This document shows positions 15,801 through 20,000 of a stretch of DNA of 20,000 nucleotides, in pieces. The position numbers and the translations under genes are program-made. How positions within the stretch are numbered: position 1 is the first letter of the stretch; each line of letters begins with the position of its first letter. The notes beneath the pieces are model-generated. The model saw nothing but the letters and a program-made list of their open reading frames with translations, searched no databases and was not told where the DNA came from. This stretch comes from an uncultured virus (IMG/VR IMGVR_UViG_3300028797_000152) (Duplodnaviria; Heunggongvirae; Uroviricota; Caudoviricetes): the IMG/VR virus record IMGVR_UViG_3300028797_000152, positions 57,162 through 77,161 of that record. One strand, given 5' to 3'.

Positions 15801-17845
15801 ATGCAGAAGGTCACAGCAGTATTGCTTCAGGCCTTGCTTCTCATGCAGAAGGTACAACCTCATTTGGTGGGCCAGTTACTGCAAGTGGTGTAGGTTCTCA
15901 TGCAGAAGGTAGCGGAACTATTGCACAAGGTGATGCTTCTCACATAGAAGGTACCCGTGGTTTAGCTTATGGTGAAGCTACTCATGTAGAGGGTAGCGGA
16001 AACCTTGGATTCGGAAGAGAATCTCATGCAGAAGGTAGCGGTAACGTAACTGGCGGTGACCACGGTCATACAGAAGGTGCGGGAAACTACAATGTAGGAT
16101 ATAGTTCTCATGTAGAAGGTGCAGGAAATAGTACACTTCCTAATTCTAATATAACCCATACAGAAGGCGCCGGTAACGCTAATTATGGTGTCCAAGCACA
16201 TGTAGAAGGTGCAGGAAATAATCTATCTGGCGAAGAGTCTCACGTAGAGGGCGCAGGTAACAAAATTCACGGTGCAAAAACTCATGCCGAAGGCGGCGGG
16301 AATAATATTTATGCCCTCGGTTCTCATGTAGAAGGTAAACATAATGATGTTACTGGCTTTGCTGTCCACGCAGAAGGTTCTCATAACTTCCTTGGAGTTT
16401 CTGAGAATATTAGTCCATTTGTATTTGGAACAACCTATGCAGTAGGTGATATTGTAGGACCTAATGCATTATATAATCCTGATTATCAAAATGAAACAAC
16501 TAGACCATTCATATATAGGTGTATAACTGCTCCTGGTCAAATACAGGCAAGCAATGCGGTCCAGATAATATCACCATCAACTTGGAGTGCTTCGACAACA
16601 TATGTAACTGGGGATGTAGTTAAGTTTGTAGTTTCAAATGCATATGGTCAGCAAATAACTCGATATTATTATGCCACTAACGATGTTCCTACAGGTCAAT
16701 CTCCATTAGAAAATAATAAATGGTCTCGTATAACTTCATTATTAACTCCATTCAAAACAACAACTTCTAATGGGTACTACTTACTTAATCCTGAATCAGA
16801 ATCTAAGAGTGGTTCAGGAAATGTTGCTAAAGTAACTGGAACAGTTGCTGCTATGTGGGAGCCTATCGATTCTATCGAAGGTACTCATGTTGAAGGTTAC
16901 TACAATATTGCAATTGGTAATTATCAGCATGTAGGCGGTAAATATAATGTAGCAGATGCTAATAAAGCAGTTATTATTGGTAATGGTGAAGACGACGGCG
17001 GAGTTGTAACTAGGTCTAATGCTTTAACACTTGATTGGTCTGGTAATCTTGTAATTGCCGGAGATTTGACAACAGGTACTACCTTATCAACATCTTCGCA
17101 GAGTATAGCGGCAGCTATTAATGAATTATATTCCGAATTAGGTAGCGAAGTATCTGTTACACAAGTTCAGTCTACTGGTACAAAGATAGCAGAGATTACA
17201 ATTGACGGAACAACTACTGATATTTATTCTCCTAACGGAGGCGGTGGCGGTTCTACTGTTGTAGTTGAGCCGGTAGTGCAGTCCGGTGTCAATATCGCAG
17301 ATATCACTGTAGATGGTACCACTTCTCATCTCTATACACCTAATGCGGTAGGTTCAGTAACAGTAACCCAAACACAGCAATCTGGTACAAAGGTAGCAGA
17401 AATTGATGTAGATGGTACTTCTACTGATTTATATGCACCTACACCGACTTCAGTATCTATTGACGATACTTTATCGACAGGAACAAAAGTTGCTACTATA
17501 ACAATAGACGGCACGGATACGGAGATTTTAGTCCCTTCCGCAGGTTCTTCTGTCCAAGTAACGCAGATACAAGATACAGGAACTCATATTGCCGATATCG
17601 AGGTAGATGGCGTTACGACTGAACTTTATGCACCTAATGGTGGTGGCGGAGCAGTTATTGATGATAATGATATTGCATTAGATAAGACTTGGAGTTCAAG
17701 CAAAATCAATAGTGAGTTGACTTCACTTGCTGATAGAATAGAAGCAATAGAGAGATACTTATTCGGAATACCTTTAATAACAGAAAATGGTGACCAAAGA
17801 ATAACGGAAGACGGCTCAGATAGAATATTGGAGCAAGAAGAATAA
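12821..17845 (+). CDS. Long tail fibre / adhesin (1674 aa) with two YadA-head-like HAEG beta-roll blocks and CBM5/12-like inserts
   Basis: GTG start after GAGGAGGT. About 40 (S/A/T)HxEG 14-residue repeats. Fibre motifs LPIASADTLGGIKVG, FTGDGTTTTF, DVATKKYVD, AINE and IDD...KTWSSSKI. Five GTKIAxIxIDG repeats. Confidence 0.85.
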   Translation: MKDRRKLPALDNAQKLTKPDLNTIGDKNYVDTILRYGGLATHFVQLDTKAKYIVPAINEIIVYPNPPETPTQTLNKVKIDNTIYALSGGSTVIPNPPDPSGALITEDGHIILIESGSELIPEQSSGGGTPSYPPLVTVSIDGTIYSIAGDYTLPIASADTLGGIKVGEGLHINSETGVLSTDNGIEYFPGVGVYFSSAVTENFTTAAYDESTGISYTECQLSYPTTSDSIRIACNPPRGSYFDFRYDSDTKVVTVICRDYVPEGTPLEINYQGINDRARSINAEVGRKSPTYLQAGLSSDYISSERKDAWRDTQTVVDGNHVYTNNGGTTGRSKGFSLGKITVTGTESASFFVKQDSTNTNTAYVLISKPDKSFKVTVTETFTGDGTTTTFTVAHDVYTPGVISTSPSYYSGQWSGNNVVFSVAPSVGTTISATYEYIDITDSSLVLKSYKGLTTEDYVECPISFGDGRTATNIYKRTVDVLYVKDGDSSINDSSAYIYYTVGAPYFGNLGEVFNDYAWSTHHSNYAIGYQAHAEGGDSLAFGNRSHAEGQSKAIGGHSHSEGTGLALGNLSHAEGEDTTTTNTSAHAEGRDTLASGWQAHAEGESTQATGHYSHSEGTVTVASNQAAHAEGTSTQASGDSAHAEGNKTVASNSQSHAEGDNTKATGPSAHAEGGSTVASGNRSHAEGNMTTASGDYSHAEGNYTQATNYYAHAEGQSSIASGSDGAHAEGNSTKAIGVASHSEGLYSQAQGTYAHAEGNSTTASGDNSHAEGEHTTASGFDAHAEGQACVASNSYSHAEGQHTTASGQVSHAEGYYTTASGTDAHAEGISTISSGYGSHAEGENTQALQEASHAEGEYTIAASRDQHVFGKYNIADIPPSGGTGHGTYVEIVGNGTSDNARSNVRTLDWNGNEYVAGRITVGLAPLAGMDVATKKYVDDHGGGGGGGLPSIKAGTGIAAELFNQMDEYNESTASGDYSHAEGISTTSSGPGAHAEGHSSIASGLASHAEGTTSFGGPVTASGVGSHAEGSGTIAQGDASHIEGTRGLAYGEATHVEGSGNLGFGRESHAEGSGNVTGGDHGHTEGAGNYNVGYSSHVEGAGNSTLPNSNITHTEGAGNANYGVQAHVEGAGNNLSGEESHVEGAGNKIHGAKTHAEGGGNNIYALGSHVEGKHNDVTGFAVHAEGSHNFLGVSENISPFVFGTTYAVGDIVGPNALYNPDYQNETTRPFIYRCITAPGQIQASNAVQIISPSTWSASTTYVTGDVVKFVVSNAYGQQITRYYYATNDVPTGQSPLENNKWSRITSLLTPFKTTTSNGYYLLNPESESKSGSGNVAKVTGTVAAMWEPIDSIEGTHVEGYYNIAIGNYQHVGGKYNVADANKAVIIGNGEDDGGVVTRSNALTLDWSGNLVIAGDLTTGTTLSTSSQSIAAAINELYSELGSEVSVTQVQSTGTKIAEITIDGTTTDIYSPNGGGGGSTVVVEPVVQSGVNIADITVDGTTSHLYTPNAVGSVTVTQTQQSGTKVAEIDVDGTSTDLYAPTPTSVSIDDTLSTGTKVATITIDGTDTEILVPSAGSSVQVTQIQDTGTHIADIEVDGVTTELYAPNGGGGAVIDDNDIALDKTWSSSKINSELTSLADRIEAIERYLFGIPLITENGDQRITEDGSDRILEQEE
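14417..15391 (+). repeat. Coding tandem repeat block 1: 24 HxEG units, period about 42 bp
   Basis: Recurrent CATGCAGAAGG/CACGCAGAAGG in frame within the fibre gene. Confidence 0.9.
15758..16897 (+). repeat. Coding tandem repeat block 2: 15 HxEG units, an insertion of about 160 aa, then a 16th unit
   Basis: Counted from the translation. Later units have the variant form H(V/T)EGAGN. Confidence 0.85.
17150..17650 (+). repeat. Five approximately 33-aa repeats (V.V.Q..xGTKIAxIxxDGxxTxLYxP) in the fibre C-terminus
   Basis: Visible in the translation, separated by Gly/Ser/Pro linkers. Confidence 0.85.
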
Positions 17846-17857
17846 AGGAGAATAGTT

Positions 17858-19534
17858 ATGCCGGGTACATCAAAGAAAATATCTGACTTAAATGCTATCG
17901 CTACAATGCACGATACTGACCTTGTGGAAGTATCTAATGATAATCAGGATAGTACCTATACTTCGGTAAAGGCTACTATCGGAGATGTTGCGGAGCATGT
18001 GGCAATCACTACTGAATTTACTAATGACCTCGATACTACTGATAAAACTCTGGTAGGTGCAATCAACGAAGTAGCAGGGGATATCCCGACTGTAAATGAC
18101 GCTACATTATCGATACAAGTAAACAGTACCGAGATAGGTTCATTTACGGCTAATGCATCTTCTAATGAAACTATCGATATAACCGTACCTACTACGGTTG
18201 CGGAGCTTTCCGATGCTTCTGATTATGCAACAGTAGCGAGTTTAGCAGCCGTAGCAACGAGTGGTGATTATGGCGATTTACTTAATCCGCCTACAATTCC
18301 GGCAGCACAAGTAAATTCAGATTGGGATGCTGTTAGTGGTGTAGCTCAAATCCTCAATAAGCCTACAATTCCTGCGGCTCAGGTAAATTCAGATTGGAAC
18401 AGTAGTAGTGGTGTTTCCCAGATATTAAATAAACCAACACTGGCAACAGTTGCTACAAGCGGTAGTTATAATGACCTTTCAAGTAAACCTAATATTCCAA
18501 CAGTAAATGACGCCACGATAACATTTACTCAAGGAGGAACAACCAAGGGTTCGATTACCCTTAATCAATCATCGGATGCTACGATTGCTCTGGACGCTGG
18601 AGGTGGCGGAGGCGGAGGTCATACCATTCTTGACGACGAAGGTACAAGCCTTACACAAAGAGCCGACCTTCAGTTTAAGGGGGCATACTCCATAGATAAT
18701 AATACAGACCAGATAACCGAGGTTAATGTTGTCCGTGAAATGACAGCATTAGAGTTTGAACAATTATCTGCTGATGAAAAAGTAGGTATCATAAATGTAA
18801 CCGATGCTACCAGCACTCCCGATAATGAGTTTCAACCAGTTATCTATTCTGAAACTGAACGAGAAATCGGTGTTTGGATTGACGGAAAACCACTATATCA
18901 AAAGACCTTTCTTGTGAACAATATTACAATTAGTACAAGTGATTGGCAGAATATAGAACAGATAAGTGACATTGATACTCTTGTTAGTACAGACGGAGCA
19001 GTAACAATACAGTATAACGGACAACAAACAGGAATCGGACAGTATTTGTGTGTTTCGGTTACATCTTCGGGTTATGTTAGGTTTTATTGTTCCACTTGGA
19101 ACGGCGATACCGCAGATGTTGAGGTAACTATCCGCTATACTAAAACAACCGATACGGCAGGTTCGGGGACTTGGACACCGCAGGGAGTTCCTGCAGTTCA
19201 TTATTCTACAACCGAGCATGTTATTGGCACTTGGATAGACGGAAGTACGGTCTATGAAAGAACTGTAACTTTCCCTGCAACAAGTGGCACTAATTTTGAT
19301 TATACACTTGATATCGCAGGATTAGACAGTACGGCAATTATGTATATAGCCGATGGATTCTTCTTATGCGGTGTAAATCGCAGAGGACTGAATTTTTACC
19401 TTACAAATGCTTATAATGCTTTCACCAATGTCGATTTTAATTCTACTGATAACAAATACCATATTGGCGGTTGCATAACAGGATATTCAGGTACTTGTTA
19501 TGTAACTGTTAGATACACCAAAGCAAGTGCATAA
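17858..19534 (+). CDS. Second tail fibre / receptor-binding protein (558 aa)
   Basis: RBS AAGGAG. N-terminal KKISDL and TTDKTLVGAINEV. Shaft repeats QVNSDW...ILNKP and LAxVATSGxYxDL. Two C-terminal YSxTExxIGxWIDG...RYTK modules. Confidence 0.8.
   Translation: MPGTSKKISDLNAIATMHDTDLVEVSNDNQDSTYTSVKATIGDVAEHVAITTEFTNDLDTTDKTLVGAINEVAGDIPTVNDATLSIQVNSTEIGSFTANASSNETIDITVPTTVAELSDASDYATVASLAAVATSGDYGDLLNPPTIPAAQVNSDWDAVSGVAQILNKPTIPAAQVNSDWNSSSGVSQILNKPTLATVATSGSYNDLSSKPNIPTVNDATITFTQGGTTKGSITLNQSSDATIALDAGGGGGGGHTILDDEGTSLTQRADLQFKGAYSIDNNTDQITEVNVVREMTALEFEQLSADEKVGIINVTDATSTPDNEFQPVIYSETEREIGVWIDGKPLYQKTFLVNNITISTSDWQNIEQISDIDTLVSTDGAVTIQYNGQQTGIGQYLCVSVTSSGYVRFYCSTWNGDTADVEVTIRYTKTTDTAGSGTWTPQGVPAVHYSTTEHVIGTWIDGSTVYERTVTFPATSGTNFDYTLDIAGLDSTAIMYIADGFFLCGVNRRGLNFYLTNAYNAFTNVDFNSTDNKYHIGGCITGYSGTCYVTVRYTKASA
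18290..18436 (+). repeat. 72-bp coding tandem duplication (PTIPAAQVNSDWxxxSGVxQILNK x2)
   Basis: CCTACAATTCC...GTAAATTCAGATTGG starts at 18290 and again at 18362. Confidence 0.85.
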
Positions 19535-19548
19535 AGGAGAGATAGATT

Positions 19549-20000
19549 ATGGCTTTATATGTAAACGGCAAAGTAGTTAGCGGCGGTGGAGGTGGTAACA
19601 CCAATTACCAAGAACTCACCTATGATGAGTATATGGCACTTACCCCTGAACAAAAGACAGACGGAACTATGTATTTCCTTACTGATGTTAATGGAGATGA
19701 TTCACAATTTCAGCCTGTTATCTATTCCGAAACCGAAAGGGAGATTGGTGTTTGGATTGACGGTAAACCGTTGTACGAAAAGACTATTAGTTTCCCTAAT
19801 CCAAGCGGTAGACAAGATTTTGTTGCACATAATATTGCAAATGTTGACCATATATTTGTAAATGGTTGGCATGCATTAAGAACTGCCTACGGTGAAACTA
19901 TCCAGGGTTTTGAGGGTACTAACTCCTCTTGGTGGGCATCGGTATTTGATGTAAGTTCTACTGGGGTAAGTTGGAGAATTGGCGGAGGTTGGAATTGTGA
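19549..20000 (+). CDS. Third fibre/receptor-binding protein, paralog of the C-terminal half of 17858..19534; 3'-truncated by the window and missing from the ORF track
   Basis: RBS AAGGAG, then ATG at 19549 with an open frame to the window end: MALYVNGKVVSGGGGGNTNYQELTYDEYMALTPEQKTDGTMYFLTDVNGDDSQFQPVIYSETEREIGVWIDGKPLYEKTISFPNP...WRIGGGWNC. Confidence 0.9.
   Translation, partial: MALYVNGKVVSGGGGGNTNYQELTYDEYMALTPEQKTDGTMYFLTDVNGDDSQFQPVIYSETEREIGVWIDGKPLYEKTISFPNPSGRQDFVAHNIANVDHIFVNGWHALRTAYGETIQGFEGTNSSWWASVFDVSSTGVSWRIGGGWNC

Noticed and set aside
14417..16378. Regularly spaced CATGCAGAAGG repeats that look like a CRISPR array
   Set aside because: The conserved part is only about 11 nt, varies at wobble positions, has a period that is a multiple of 3 and lies in a 5 kb open frame. 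It is a protein repeat.
2300..19219. Short nested ORFs: all minus-strand ORFs, plus 2300..2503, 6210..6431 and 14706..14891
   Set aside because: They overlap well-supported plus-strand genes and have no convincing RBS or protein-like motifs.
18830..19785. Possible diversity-generating retroelement TR/VR pair
   Set aside because: Mismatches are mostly synonymous and include many C/T changes rather than being adenine-specific. Both copies are coding, and there is no reverse transcriptase in the window.
19586..19861. 91-aa ORF in the supplied track
   Set aside because: It is an out-of-frame shadow of the real gene starting at 19549, which has an RBS and clear paralogy to the upstream fibre.
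1..20000. Stop-codon reassignment, as seen in some gut phages
   Set aside because: Genes are long and tightly packed under the standard code, and TAA, TAG and TGA all terminate genes right before the next start.

Overview
This window is a 20 kb stretch of an AT-rich tailed-phage genome, densely coding and entirely on the + strand. It is the baseplate and tail-fibre module of a contractile-tailed (myovirus-type) phage. The host is probably a Gram-positive Bacillota member, inferred from the strong AAGGAG/GGAGG ribosome-binding sites and the NlpC/P60, GH25-like and M23-like domains. Gene order: a partial structural gene, a hypothetical gene, a tube-initiator-like protein, a LysM/gp53-like wedge protein, a hub-like protein, a degenerate M23-fold protein, a 4-domain virion peptidoglycan hydrolase, a minimal gp5/gpV OB-fold spike, gp25-like, gpJ/gp6-like and gpI/gp7-like genes, a 1674-aa HAEG-repeat (YadA-head-like) fibre, and two further fibre/receptor-binding genes, the last running off the window end. 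Four small unknown genes are inserted in the wedge operon. Most notable observations: (1) a stranded, synonymously recoded copy of the first 8 codons of the gpI-like gene marks the insertion of one small gene; (2) two inserted genes share a basic N-terminal leader, and two others appear to be paralogs flanking gpJ; (3) an AACCTT(T/G)(T/C)AT motif sits in three consecutive intergenic gaps; (4) several cell-wall hydrolase domains appear catalytically dead; (5) GATC appears to be completely absent; (6) the fibre tip modules have conserved borders and variable cores. All family assignments come from motif recognition by eye, not database searches.
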